64,000 nt of DNA from Eledone cirrhosa (Eukaryota): the NCBI GenBank assembly GCA_964016885.1, contig OZ024749.1, positions 25,234,001-25,298,000 on the forward strand, written 5' to 3'. The notes under the pieces were generated by a model that saw only the letters and a program-made list of their open reading frames with translations, did not search any database and was not told the origin of the DNA. This document shows, one piece after another, positions 1 to 14,937 of this stretch. A program made the translations under genes and the position numbers. How positions within the stretch are numbered: position 1 is the stretch's first letter; every line of letters begins with the position of its first letter.

Positions 1-74
1 GTCGATATAATCAATATAATCAACTTTCCCTTTCTATGGACTTTAGCTACTGTTTGAAAGAATTTCTATTATTT

Positions 75-76
<2 letters not shown>

Positions 77-132
<56 letters not shown>
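77..132. repeat. (TAG)n microsatellite
   Basis: Perfect gta/tag run. Confidence 0.97.
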
Positions 133-293
133 AGTTATGGTCCTTTAAGTTCTGAGTTCAAATACTGCCGAGGTTAGATTTGCCTTTCATGGGCCCGGAA
201 ATAAAAGAAAGTACCCGTCACACTGGGGTCAATTTAATCGATGTTTCCCTCCCCCAAAATTGCCGGCCTTGTGCCTAATGTAGAAATAGTTAT
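133..293 (+). mobile_element. 5'-truncated tRNA-derived SINE (variant with extra internal segment)
   Basis: B-box GAGTTCAAATAC at ~155; body matches 3573-3765; 3' end ggccttgtgcctaatgtagaaa. Confidence 0.8.
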
Positions 294-343
294 TTGTAGT
301 AGTAATCGCAGTAGTATTAGAAGCAGCATCAAACGTCATTACC

Positions 344-390
344 ATATATACATATAGAAACATATATACACACACACATACACATATATA

Positions 391-485
<95 letters not shown>

Positions 486-505
486 GTGTGCGTATATATG
501 TATAC

Positions 506-566
<61 letters not shown>

Positions 567-586
567 CATATATATATATACATATT

Positions 587-678
<92 letters not shown>

Positions 679-710
679 CATATATGTGTCTGTGTGCGTG
701 TGTATAACAT
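344..710. repeat. Compound (TA)n/(TG)n microsatellite
   Basis: Directly visible; source of YIYI/CVCV ORFs. Confidence 0.97.
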
Positions 711-1249
711 GTTTGTAGTAAAAGCGTAAACAGACTGAAGACATAGAAAAACCACTCAGCTCCACCAACAACAACAACACCAACTCAACTATCATCAGCC
801 CAACTTGTCCACTATTACTACAACACAATACCAACCCGAAACATAAACACAAAAGCAGACAAATAAAGAAACGAAGTCCTTCCATCCCCCACGCCAACAC
901 ACTTCTTTATAAAAAAAATCGATTCCAAATCGAACATTTTAAATGAAAGATAGACTCATTAAAGATGATACATATGGTTATAGGAACAATACTAGAGTAA
1001 TTAAAATGATTTTAGATTCGACTGAATACTCATTAAAATAATCTCTGTTTTGGAAAAAAAAAAATTTGTATATGGTTTTTAAATGATTCCATACATTATA
1101 GGCACAAACATGGCTGCTTGGGTAAATGACTTCGCCGTGTAACCATATGGTGTTTTTTCGGGCTCACTTTAAGCAAGGCGGGTAAGATTGATCGTGATCA
1201 CCGACTGCCTTGGTTTGAAGAATGACATGTTATAAAATATATACTTTTG

Positions 1250-1305
<56 letters not shown>

Positions 1306-1320
1306 ATATATATATATATA

Positions 1321-2156
1321 TCCAAAATTAAGATAAATCAAAGTGAATTTAATCTAAATCAAAATTATTGGTGTCATGCCAGAAAGGCATGCGCCATATC
1401 ACCCGTAAAATAAGCTCCAAGATTCTAATGAATAAGTCCGAGCATTTTATAACAACTAGAAATTGATTAACATATAAATAAACATATGAAACAATCACAG
1501 GGGATAATTTTTACAAGTGTGTAAGCACACATAGCTAGGTAGGTAACTAAATAAAGTTAACTAGAACTTCAAAAATAGATACCTTATAATATGCTTAATC
1601 TTCCCTGTATATATTCCATTAAAGAAATATATTTCACCAATTAATCGAATGGTAAACCACGGAGGCAGATACTTGGATTTTCAACAAGGAAGAAGTCCAG
1701 CCATCTGTGTTTACGCATTAAGTTCAAATCAGCGACTGGCCAGTAACACGTGCTGTATCTACTAAAAATACACACATCATACCAGCTTCGTCCCAGTGGC
1801 GTGAATAGGGTTATCGACAACTAGAAACAGCAGTCAAGTCCTTTCAACAGAGTTAGCTCTACAATTAAGGAGCTGTATTTATATATCTATATCCAAAATT
1901 AAGATAAATCAAAGTGAATTTAAACTAAATCAAAATTATGGGTGTCATGCCAGAAAGCCATGCGCCATGTCACGTGTAAAATAAGCTCCAAGATTCTAAT
2001 ATTTCGAGCATTTTATAACAACTAGAAATTGATTAACATATAAATAAACATATGAAACAATCACAGGAGATAATTTTTACAAGTGTGTAACCACACATAG
2101 CTAGGTAGGTAACTAAATAAAGTTAACTAGAACTTCAAAAATAGATACCTTATAAT
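1321..2156. repeat. ~270 bp direct repeat pair (1321-1592, 1891-2156) around a ~300 bp spacer, flanked by (TA)n
   Basis: tccaaaattaagataaatcaaagtgaattt...aaaaatagataccttataat occurs twice with few differences. Confidence 0.9.
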
Positions 2157-2212
2157 ATATATATATATACTCGTATAGATACCTTATAATATATATATAT
2201 ATACTCGTATAG

Positions 2213-2249
<37 letters not shown>

Positions 2250-2262
2250 TCGTATATATATA

Positions 2263-2432
2263 TAGAAGTGGTTACACAACAGTTAGTTCACCATACCTAG
2301 AACAATTGTTTTACCTAATGTGAAACAATTGTTGTCGGTATGGTGAACTAACTGTTGTGTAACCACTTCTACCTAACTCGTCCCATGGACTGAGTGCTCT
2401 ACCACTTCGGATATTACCTTCCAGTGTTCTAC

Positions 2433-2436
<4 letters not shown>
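2263..2436 (+). mobile_element. (TA)n-flanked inverted-arm + tail element, putative PLE terminal fragment
   Basis: 2263-2297 is the reverse complement of 2337-2370; GAAACAATTGT (hammerhead stem III-like) between arms; tail 2371-2436. Confidence 0.7.
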
Positions 2437-2491
<55 letters not shown>

Positions 2492-2494
<3 letters not shown>

Positions 2495-2674
2495 GATATT
2501 AATAAATGGAAACTATATTTATAAAACCATATTTATTTCATTATAAATATGGTTTTATAAATATAGTTTCCATTTATTAATATCGTATATCTACTCCAAA
2601 AAATTGTCGAGTACATTATATCAGTTATAAAAAATATTTACTTGTTGTATCCCAACAATTTTAAATAGAACTTT

Positions 2675-2678
<4 letters not shown>
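2492..2678 (+). mobile_element. (TA)n-flanked inverted-arm + tail element, same family as 3137-3486
   Basis: Arms ~2492-2534 / ~2545-2590; tail 2591-2678 whose reverse complement recurs at 3137-3208. Confidence 0.75.
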
Positions 2679-2751
<73 letters not shown>

Positions 2752-2755
<4 letters not shown>

Positions 2756-3077
2756 GAAAAGTATATATTGAGTTAAAAACATACATTAGTCCCTTATAAT
2801 CAAAATAACTCAAGACAAAAAAATTCCGAGCCTTATAATATAATAAAAAGAGACAAACACAGATATATACATATATGCGTTGAAATCACAAAGGATATAA
2901 ACTTCCTGGGTGTAGAAAATACTGATTGAAGATAATACTATTCTCAAGACTCAATTAAATGGATAAATTAAGATTTACAAACCGATTATGATAACTAACA
3001 ACATCCAGACAGCTTTGGGTAGAACTTGTGATTTGAACGCATATATGTATATATCTGTGTTTGTCTCTCTTATTTTT

Positions 3078-3081
<4 letters not shown>
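2752..3081 (-). mobile_element. (TA)n-flanked inverted-arm + tail element
   Basis: 2839-2891 is the reverse complement of ~3025-3081; single-copy tail 2752-2838. Confidence 0.7.
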
Positions 3082-3136
<55 letters not shown>

Positions 3137-3139
<3 letters not shown>

Positions 3140-3486
3140 AAAGTTCTATTTAAAATTGTTGGGATACAACAAGTAAATATTTTTATAACTGATATAAAGC
3201 ACTCGTCAAGTATTTCTCTCTCTCCGTCTTTTTCTTTCTCTCCGTCTTTTTCTAATTGTCCTTAACACTCTGACTTATTAAAATAATATAAAAAACTCAC
3301 TATCCGGATGGCTTCCAAAAACAATGGTTGCATTTTAAAAGGGTACGTCAAAGCTTATTTGTAAAACTGTTATACATTGTATTTTGTCTGATGAAGGCAT
3401 ACCATAATTTAATTTGGTATCCCTGAAATATGTATAATGAAATAAATATGGTTTTATAAATATAGTTTCCATTTATTAATATCGTA
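3137..3486. mobile_element. PLE-like terminal fragment: tail (minus) joined to oppositely oriented hammerhead-bearing arm (plus)
   Basis: 3137-3208 = reverse complement of tail 2605-2678; 3444-3486 = 2545-2588. Confidence 0.75.
3381..3443 (+). ncRNA. Minimal type I hammerhead ribozyme
   Basis: attttgt-CTGATGA-[aggcatacca..tggtatccct]-GAAA-t atgt a-TA-atgaaat; stem I pairs with GU wobbles. Confidence 0.7.
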
Positions 3487-3572
3487 TATATATATCTGAT
3501 GGCTGCCCCCGCGTTATAGAGTATGGCCATTGCACGATATACCATTATTAATAATCATTAATTAATTCTACA

Positions 3573-3765
3573 GGCGGTGGATTGGCAATATTGGTAGAGT
3601 GTCGGATGCCATGCTTTGGCGCATAGAGTTACGGCCCTTGCCATTCTGAGTTCAAATCCCGCCGAGGTTAACTTTTACTTTCATCCTTACGGGGTCGATA
3701 AAATAAAGTACCAGTAATACACTGGTTAATTTGCTGGCATTGTGCCTAACGTAGAAACAAATAAT
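3573..3765 (+). mobile_element. Full-length tRNA-derived SINE with ~12 bp target-site duplication
   Basis: A-box TGGCAATATTGG, B-box GAGTTCAAATCC; taattaattcta at 3559-3570 and 3762-3773; many copies in window. Confidence 0.88.
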
Positions 3766-5689
3766 TAATTCTATCCTGCAATGCCTGCGCGTGAAGACAT
3801 TTTTTATAGTGAGAACAGACTTCGCACTGAGCCAATCCCACTCTCTGAGCGACAGTAGTTATAACTCGAAAAGAAGAAAAGATCAACAGCATCGGTAACT
3901 ACTGAGCCGCAGGTTATATAACGGAGTTATCATAGTTTCCTGAGTTGCGTTCTTCTAGAAGTATGCCCTGGCAAAGGCTAGGTGTCCTTTACTCGCAGTG
4001 GTTTAACCGCGTGGTACATGTGTATATACATATTTACACACTTTCGGATGGCCGTTGACTCTTATGAGTTCTTCCGCCCTTTGTTAGGCATTGTTTTTTG
4101 TCCTGCAGGGTGTCCAATATCCTCCTCCTCACCAAGTAAACTTGGTGGGTTTGCCGGTTTAGTCGCCGACGACCCGACCATATATATAATAAAACATATA
4201 CCCCAGAATATTCAATAATATTGACAATTATATTTGTGTCGTTGACTCAAGAAACTTTCGGAGAAATTGCAATTTGAAATCTCAACGTGGAACTGATCAT
4301 AATTATATTCGATCACTGTAATTATGGTTTAGCACACTTCTGCTGGTTTCGATTACTCTCAGGCCCATTTGATAATTTCAACTTCCTGGGTATCTTTATA
4401 GTGATAGCTTAATCTTATGTTTATTTCTCCTTTCGAACAACTATATTTCAAATTTCAATTGTTAGGCAAAGCATCTTTAACCAATAGTTGTTATAATGTC
4501 TAGCTACTGGTTTACAATCATCAAAAAAGAGGATTTTGATGCCACGACCTTTTTAGCATAGTCGTTTCGCACTCACCCGGCACCCGAGAGATGGTAGCTT
4601 CTTTTGTAAACAAGCACTCCAATTCTTTTCCGTCTACAGAGTTATGGCAACCGTGTTTCGGAAACAATCATTTTAGCTATTGAATCTTAATGTGTTAATT
4701 TTCGCGTTGGTATTAGAACACTTACAGATTTAATCATCTGCAGCAGAATATTGTGATTGATCAAAACATTCTTGTTGGCCAATATAATCGCGATTCAACC
4801 ACCGGAAATAATTACCAACCAACAGCATATAATACTGATATTTGACAATATAGGATCGGTGGTACTTCTCATCAGTTTTCCAAACTATAGTCATTATTGA
4901 ACACGTCTACACACCGGAAATATATATGCATATATATGAATGTATGAATGTATGCACATATATATGTATGTATGAAGGTATGTGTGTAAATGTGTGTGTG
5001 TGGGGAGGTGTATGTGTGTGTGTGTATCTGTGTCTGTGTGTGTGTGTGTGTCTGTTCATAAATAAATCCTTTAGCAAGACATTTTATTTCACGTTTCATC
5101 AGTTGTTTACTCAGGAATAGAAATGAGTTGCGAAGTCACTGATGCCAAGCTGTAGCGGCCATTGCATTTCTCTTGGACCTTGCCTGTGCGCGGAGACGCA
5201 AGGCTAGTATGCATAGGAAAGAGATGGTCTTCCACAAACAAACTTGCTCTTACTACTGCCTCGGAGGGGAACATTCTTGGCGCAAATACCATGGTCATGC
5301 GTGACTGAAGGTGTTCTTTACCCTTTTATATATAGAAGAACCGTACCGTAATACAACTCTACGTATGTGATATTACAATAATATTGAGGTACCAGCATAT
5401 CTTTTGAATATAATGACGTGGCATGTCACGGCTATTTAATATCTGCTCTATAATGGAAGTGTTAATGTACAATGAAACAATAAGGGAAGATTTTGCTTGA
5501 GAAATTCTTAATGCGATTTGGCTATTTATGGAAACGCGTATCACCATGGTACAGATGCCACATTAACACGCCTATACACACACACACAATCAAACACTAA
5601 CGCACACACAAAATCTATTCATTGCCTATGGAGTTCTAAATAGACTTCTAAGCACATAACCGGGGAAATAGAGATTATATATAAATATA

Positions 5690-6195
<506 letters not shown>

Positions 6196-6341
6196 TCTCT
6201 GTGTATTTAAATACAGGAATGTATTTAAGCTGAACCATCTTTCTATCCCATTTCATCTGCTAGGTAGATATTTCTCTTCATATCATTATCACTCCCATAC
6301 AGCCTTTCAATATCTATGCTAAATACATATAGATACATACG

Positions 6342-6388
<47 letters not shown>

Positions 6389-6596
6389 GTATATATATAT
6401 ATTTTAACTTTAATTATATCTCATAAAATAATACAACTGGCTTTCCACATAATACATATAATTAGCACCCCAAACATTTAAATTGGGTTTATACTAACAT
6501 ATAACCTAATGTTTGTTGAGTGAGATGGTTGCCAGTGAGAGTTTAGCTTTAAGCTGTCTATGTTATTGTATTAAATTATATATATATATATATATA

Positions 6597-7702
6597 GGAA
6601 CGAGTAGAACCCCGACGGCGGAGCTCAAGCCGATTCGACGGCTAATTCTGGACTAAATGAAAATGTTTATCCTGGTATATGAATAGCCGAGCTTCTCAGG
6701 GTGTAATTCCATATATGGTAAAAGTGATTGTCACAAGGATTGGTCAAAAGTTTGTTGTTGAGACACATAATTCTATCATGGCAATTTGTGGAAGGAAGGG
6801 GTGACTGAACCTGCCAATACAAGAAAGAGGCAGAGGGGTGGAGGAAACCCAGTGTGCGTTGATAGTGCCGACTACAGCAGGGCAGGAGGTCAACCAAGTA
6901 TACTAGGGAGGAGGAGGGGGAGGAAGTCGAAACAATAAGTAAAACAATATGGGGTAAATATATAGAAGAATACCGAGAATGTTAAAGGTATAGAAAAAAA
7001 ATTTCTGGTTACTATTCCCTAACGTCAGTCATCAAGTCCCTCACTGGTACTGCTAAACTTAAACCCTTTTAAGAGTTAGTAGTAATCAAGTAATTGATTA
7101 CTACTAACTCTTAAAAGGGTATCATTATAATTCCGTCCCACCTAGTAAACTTTTCTATAGTTTAGCAGTACCAGTGAGAGACTAGATGACTGTCGTTAGG
7201 GAATAGTAACCAGAAATCTTTTTTCTATACCTTTAACATTCTCGGTATTCTTCTATATATTTACCCCATATTGTTTTACTTATTGTTTCGACTACTCCCC
7301 CTCCCCCTCCCTAGTATACTTGCTTGACCTCCTGCCCTGCTGTAGTTGGCACTATCAACGCACGACTGGGTTTCCTCCACCCCCTCTCCCTCTTTCTTCT
7401 ACTGGCAGGTTCAGCTAAATCCTTCCTCCCACAAATTGCCATGATAGAATTATGTGTCTCAACAACAAACTTTTGACCAATCCTTGTGACAATCACTTTT
7501 ACCATATATAGAATTACCCCCTAAGAAGCTCGGCTATTGATATACCAGGATACAAATTTTCATTTAGTCCAGAATTAGCCGCCGGAACGGCTTGAGCTCA
7601 GCCGTCGGGGTCCTACTCTTTCCTATTACCCATTCTACTACCCTAAGTATTGAATACTTTGGTGCGTTATGGTCAACCTGGTTCCTTACCACATTTCCTT
7701 CG

Positions 7703-7703
<1 letters not shown>
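6597..7703 (+). mobile_element. ~1.1 kb inverted-repeat element with 80 bp tail, flanked by (TA)n
   Basis: 6597-~7058 is a diverged reverse complement of ~7160-7624; nested palindrome 7064-7119; tail 7624-7703 homologous to 17650-17731. Confidence 0.85.
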
Positions 7704-7782
<79 letters not shown>

Positions 7783-7784
<2 letters not shown>

Positions 7785-7938
7785 AAGGCGGGAAATATTC
7801 CCGAGATCCATGGACGAGTTCTCTCCAGCGGTCTCTGTCCCTCATTATCGCTGCCATATCCTGCATCTCCAACAGACCAGTGTCTGTCCTTAGGGCATCA
7901 ACATATGTTAACCTTGGTCTTCCTCTTCTAGTGTGTCC

Positions 7939-7940
<2 letters not shown>
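7783..7940 (-). pseudogene. 3' tip of RTE-clade LINE ORF
   Basis: [22 protein letters not shown]...[11 protein letters not shown] matches the RGRP...W C-terminus typical of RTE-type LINEs. Confidence 0.75.
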
Positions 7941-7981
<41 letters not shown>

Positions 7982-8445
7982 AATATATATATATATATAC
8001 ACAAACATATATATATATATATATACACAAATATATATATATATATACACACATATATATATATACACACATACATATATATATACACATATATACACAC
8101 ACACATATATATATATATATATACATATACGTATATTTATATAAATATATACACACACATAATATATAAGAACAAAAGATGGTTAAAATAGTTCCATATA
8201 CATATATATATATATATATACACTCACACACATATATATATATATATATACAGACAAATATATATATATAAACACACATATATATATATATACACACATA
8301 TATATATATACACACACATATATATATATAAACACACATATATATACATACACAACTATAATCTTTTACACCAAACGGGACTCATCTCTGAGGGTTTCCA
8401 TCCCAACATATGAAATATGGTTATGAATCTACCTTCATCGTTCAT

Positions 8446-8543
8446 TCTCTCTCTCCCTCTCTCTCTCTTTCTCTCTCTCTCTCTCACTCTCTCTCTCTCT
8501 CTCTCTCTCACTCTCTCTCTCTCTCTCTCTCTCCCTCTCTCTC

Positions 8544-8575
<32 letters not shown>

Positions 8576-9115
8576 CCACTCTCTCTCTCTCTCTCTCTCT
8601 CCACATTTTTCTTCTTCTCTCTCTCCATCTCTCTCTCTCTCTCCTTTCCTCTCTCCACATTTTTTCTTCTTCTCTCTCTATCTCTCTCTCTCTCTCCTTT
8701 CTTGTCTCCACATTTTTTCTTCTTATCTCTCTCTATCTCTCTCTCTCTCACCTTTCCTCTCTCTATCTCTCTCTCTCTCCTTTCCTCTCTCCATATTTTT
8801 TCATCTTCTCTCTCTCCATCTCTCTCACTCTCTCTTTCTCTCTCCACATTTTCTTCTTCTCTCTCTCCATCTCTCTCTCTCTCTTTCTCTCTCCAAATTG
8901 TTTCTTTTTCTCTCTCTCTATCTCCCTCTCTCTCTTCATATCTTTCCCTCTCTATTTCTCTTTATTTCTATTTCTCCACATTTTTCTTCTTCTCTCTCTC
9001 CATCTCTCTCTCTTCCTCTTTACCCTCTCTTTTTCTCTTTATTTCTCTTTCACTCTCCACATTTTTTCTTCTTCTCTCTCTCCATCTCTCTCTCTTTCTT
9101 CCTCTATCTCTATCG
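8446..9115. repeat. (CT)n-rich polypyrimidine tract with ~45-55 bp sub-unit (ctccacattttt)
   Basis: Directly visible; ctccacattttt recurs about eight times. Confidence 0.93.
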
Positions 9116-9579
9116 CTTTCTTTTTTATTTGTGTCATTCCCTTCAAAGAAAATCATAGGCCGATATTTAAATCAATGACAACAACACAGCACACGCACAC
9201 AAACACACAACCGCAATAATTATAGTAATAATACTAATAATAATAACAACAACAAAAACAACCACCACAACAATAACAACAAAAAACAACAACAGTAATC
9301 ATCATAATAATAATAATTACAGTAATATTAACGCGCACACACATACTCATCTACGTAACAATAGCTATTAATGTGAAATATAATTGAATTTACACGAGAT
9401 ATGAATTCCCTCCATTGAATCTAACCAACAGTAGCTGAAATTTTATGATTGCCACCAGGGTCAAATATAGAATTTATTATGTCGTAAACAAAATTTCACA
9501 CTAAGTAAGGTCATATTTATCAGCACCGAAATAATAGATTTCAATGATTGTTCGTCATTTCAACCAATTTTCATATATT

Positions 9580-10410
<831 letters not shown>

Positions 10411-10569
10411 TGTGTTTGTGTTTATAAGCTTATCCTTCCATTCTGGAAGTTTTCACCATTCGTTTCTTAGATTTTTCTATATAAACTATTATTACTATTA
10501 TTTTTTTTGTTAACAATATTAAAACAAGGCTAACACGAGACATTAAAATAAAATATAAATCATTGCCAA

Positions 10570-10784
10570 CATCATCATGGTCATCAAAATCACCATTCTC
10601 CATCTCCTCCTTATCATCATCATCGCCTTCTTCATCATCTACATCATCATCGTATTAAAGATTCATTGTTATCCTCCTCTTCCGCATCATTGTCTCCATC
10701 ATCATCATAATCATAATCTCCATCATCATCATCATCATCATCATACTCATCTGTATCATGGTCATCTTCCTCATCATCACCATA

Positions 10785-10828
<44 letters not shown>

Positions 10829-10830
10829 TA
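10570..10830. repeat. (CAT)n microsatellite
   Basis: Directly visible. Confidence 0.93.
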
Positions 10831-11399
10831 ACATTATCATTAAGAGAGTGTTGAAGTTTGCTTGAAGCATTGTGGAATAATAAAATTGGTCGTTTTGGAA
10901 GCCTCAGCAATGCAGATGGATAAAATTCCGGGTAACAGAATCAGGTGGTGATGAGAGAGATGTAAGAGAAAATGTAGAATGAGACGTATATGGTGTAGAG
11001 GAACGTAGGAAATAGTGTAAAAATAATAACACGAGATAGAGTTACCTTGGTAGTGATTTAATTGTCCCTATATTTTGGATTTCGTATCCATCAACTGGGG
11101 GTTTTCCGAGGCGGAAAGTTTTGTTCGGAGAGGGACAACACGAGGCCTCGGTTGTCTTGTTATTGTTTTATGTTTTCCATATTACCCAATGTTTTAATAT
11201 ATTTTGTATTCTTTTTGTCCTGCTACTGATTTCTTATCAACGTCTGTATTTTATTGATAATTCTTTGTAGTATTAGGCCTAATGCTCATGTGTGCTTCAG
11301 CAAGGTTTTTACGCCGAGTTGGTTTGATACTTGATTAGTAGTTTGGCATACTGGTAAGTATAATATTTAGTTAATTGTTTTCCTGGTTAGTTGCTAGAT

Positions 11400-11850
11400 T
11401 TCTTGTTTGATGCGTTTGGTTAGCTGATTGGCTGGCTGGCTGGCTGGCTGGTTGTATAAGTGGTGAGTTGTTTATTTGGTGGGTTGTTTGCTTGGTGCGT
11501 TGTTTGCTTGGTGCGTTGTTTGATAAGTGGGTTGGTTGTTTGGTTGGTTTTTAGTTGGTGGGCTATCTGTTATTTGGGGTGTTTGATAGGTGGGTTGCTT
11601 GTTTGGTTGGTTATTTGCTTGTTGGATTGCTTGCTTGTTGGGCTGTTTGCTTGGTGGATTTTTTAATTGGTGGGTCGTCTGCTTGGTGAGTTGTTAGCTT
11701 GGTGGGCCGTTTGATTGGTGGGCTGTTCGGTGTGCTGTTTGGTGGGCTGTTTGATGGGCTAGTTGTTTGGTGGTTTGGCGAGCTGTCTGCTCGGTGGGCC
11801 GTTTGGTTAGTGGGTTGTTTCGTGAGTTGTTTGGTTAGTGGGTTGTGAGA
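11400..11850. repeat. Degenerate (TTGG)/(GTTT) low-complexity tract
   Basis: Recurrent gtttgcttggtggg units. Confidence 0.8.
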
Positions 11851-12203
11851 TTGCTTAATTGAATTCTTCTGGAGATTAAAAAAAGGAGAGCTAACTGAAG
11901 AAAAGATAGAGATGAGGAATCTATCCAGTATTTCATTACTACATCATATTTTAACATGGAATACCTGAAAGGTAAGGTTAACAATAATGGGGTTTGAACT
12001 CAGCAGGTAATGAGTCGGAATTACTAAAAGGAATCATGCTATAACTCTATATAGTATCTCGTAAACTTTAAAATTCTGATATCATTGGGGGTCATTTTAT
12101 TTGAGAATGCAATGACTTCTAAAGGAACATACTGACAGCTACTTCGTCTGTAATATATTTCCTTAAGCTGTCACTCACACACATTCGCAGATATCTATAT
12201 CTA

Positions 12204-12320
<117 letters not shown>

Positions 12321-12440
12321 ATGCTGTGATATATGTTTCAATGGCGACACTGGCCACACTGTTCTGTGTGCGAGTGTCGTGACATTATCAGACAGCTTGT
12401 TACATAATAAGGTTATGTTTCCGAGGCAATCCAAATTTAT

Positions 12441-12484
<44 letters not shown>

Positions 12485-12567
12485 GCATACATACATACGT
12501 ACGTACATAGATATACTTATATATTTATATCTCTATACATATATGCATTTATATATATATATATATA

Positions 12568-13039
12568 ACCAAAGGTTTATATGGTTCCGTGATTATTCAA
12601 CGAATACAATTTTACAATAGATTAGAAGCACTCGACAGCTATTTGTATCTGGAGTATTTTTATTATTCAAAATATTAATAAATGAAAAATATTCTCATAA
12701 CCAAAATATATATTTTATTATACATATTCCAAAGGTACAATGGCGTCTCAGGACGTTTTCATCAGATAAAATATATGAGAGATTGGATATACGACATACC
12801 GCTAAGGTCTTGATTATTCGATTTCCTGTAGTTGTAGACTACGCTAAGGTTTTGAATATTCAATTCCACTACAGGAATTGAATAATCAAAACCTTAGCGG
12901 TATGTCTCATATCCAACCTCTCATATATTTTGTCTGATGAAAACGTACTGAAAAACCATTGTACCTTTGAAATATGTATAATAAAATATATATTTTGGTT
13001 ATGCGCATATTTATCATTTATTAATATTTTGAATAATAT
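12568..13039 (-). mobile_element. (TA)n-flanked inverted-arm + tail element, hammerhead motif in each arm
   Basis: 12661-12830 is the reverse complement of ~12870-13039; tail 12568-12660. Confidence 0.85.
12927..12987 (+). ncRNA. Minimal type I hammerhead ribozyme (mirror copy 12712-12772 has GAAA>GGAA)
   Basis: attttgt-CTGATGA-[aaacgtac..gtaccttt]-GAAA-t atgt a-TA-ataaaat. Confidence 0.75.
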
Positions 13040-13112
<73 letters not shown>

Positions 13113-13374
13113 AAGAATATGTCTATATATCTATATAGATGTATTTCTAAGAATTTCTTTGTTCTTAGATTCTTAATGTTTTACCGGTGGAAATTCAGTG
13201 ATAATTTCACTCTGCAATGAAAGACCAATAAAAGATGCAAGGTTCTTTAAACACAAATATCGAAGGAAAAACGAACGAGAGAACAGAGAAATAGCTGAAA
13301 GTGAAAACAACTAAACACAAGACGTCTTCTAAAAACTTCTAAAGAGTATTCGTAGCTATCAATTTTTCAATCTG

Positions 13375-13480
<106 letters not shown>

Positions 13481-13691
13481 CAGACACATCTTTACATACA
13501 CGTATAGATAGTTGTGTGGGTGAGCACACGTACATGCTTATGTCTACACACACGCACACACGCATACAAAGACACACATACACCACCATACACATATATA
13601 TATAAATATATGTATATATATATATAGATATATTTATATATAAATATACGTATATTATATATATATATATTTATATACATATATATATACT

Positions 13692-13739
<48 letters not shown>

Positions 13740-13744
13740 TTTTG

Positions 13745-14052
13745 AGTATATGTTGGTTGTATACCAACAGCTCAGTATGCAGCTGGAGCACTCGGCGAAG
13801 TGCGCAGGTTGGTTTGGTTACTCCGGAGTAATGTAAAATAAAGTTAAATAAAAAGTCAAATGTTTAAAATTTAGCTTCGTTTATTACTGCTATATATATT
13901 TCAGTGACAGCCATATTTGGCTGTACCTCTTCAGGCAGTTTGAATTAGTGTGGTATAGACAAGTACATATGTTGTTGAGGTGTATCATTTTGTCAATACT
14001 CTGATATGCCCAGTTCGTGGTTGAGTTGCTATTTCACTGACGAACTGGAATC
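13745..14052 (-). mobile_element. PLE-like terminal fragment (hammerhead + tail)
   Basis: Hammerhead, then AATAAA, then the tail stem-loop motif; sits between microsatellites. Confidence 0.7.
13886..13939 (-). ncRNA. Minimal type I hammerhead ribozyme, intact core
   Basis: Minus strand: actgc-CTGAAGA-ggtacagcca aata tggctgtcact-GAAA-t atat a-TA-gcagt; 5 bp perfect stem I, long stem II. Confidence 0.88.
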
Positions 14053-14103
14053 ATATATATACATATATATATATATTAACATATATATATGCATATATAT
14101 ATG

Positions 14104-14172
<69 letters not shown>

Positions 14173-14225
14173 TATATATATATGTGTATATATATATATA
14201 TGTATATATATATATACATATATAT

Positions 14226-14277
14226 ACTGTTATACTTGGGAAGGGTCATATTGTTGTAACAATATTGCCAGAAATAT
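14226..14277 (-). mobile_element. Terminal fragment of the PLE family at 32583-33762
   Basis: ttatacttgggaagggtcatattgttgtaacaatattgccagaaat matches 31591-31636 and 32587-32630. Confidence 0.75.
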
Positions 14278-14829
14278 GTATATATATATATATATAAACA
14301 AACATAAATTATCGAGATTCGCATTTCGGCCCACGAAATAACGAAAAACAACCTCCGAGATGTGCAGCAAGTGCTCAATGATTCAGATGAACCAGAGCTA
14401 TAACAAACGTTAAAGGCCAAACACACTGAGACGATGGTTAAACAATCATTCGCATAGCCAAAAAAAACGATCAAGTAATTCGGGCATTGAAAATTTACAC
14501 GGACCCCTGGAAGGTTGGCAAAATCCAGTATATGGGTTTCTGCGGCTACTAAATCAAGTACCGTCCGCTTACATAAATAATGTCAGGCTTCTGGTAAGAT
14601 GATTGAACAAGGAAGCCACTTTCTCAACAGGTTTTAGTTCAATGTTAATACAAGGACTGACTATTGCTGACCCCACGTGGGGATCGGCAAGGGAGACAAC
14701 CCCTATATCAGGCGAATGAATTCAGTTGTGTTTATGTTTGTAAGAATGCAAAAACATCACAAATCGAATAGAGTTCTCAACAGAAGGGTTAAAATTAACA
14801 TAAGCCATTTATCAGTCAATAGAATCAAC

Positions 14830-14937
<108 letters not shown>

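Noticed and set aside
3573-3670. tRNA genes at A/B-box sites
   Set aside because: No cloverleaf; boxes are always joined to the same downstream SINE body.
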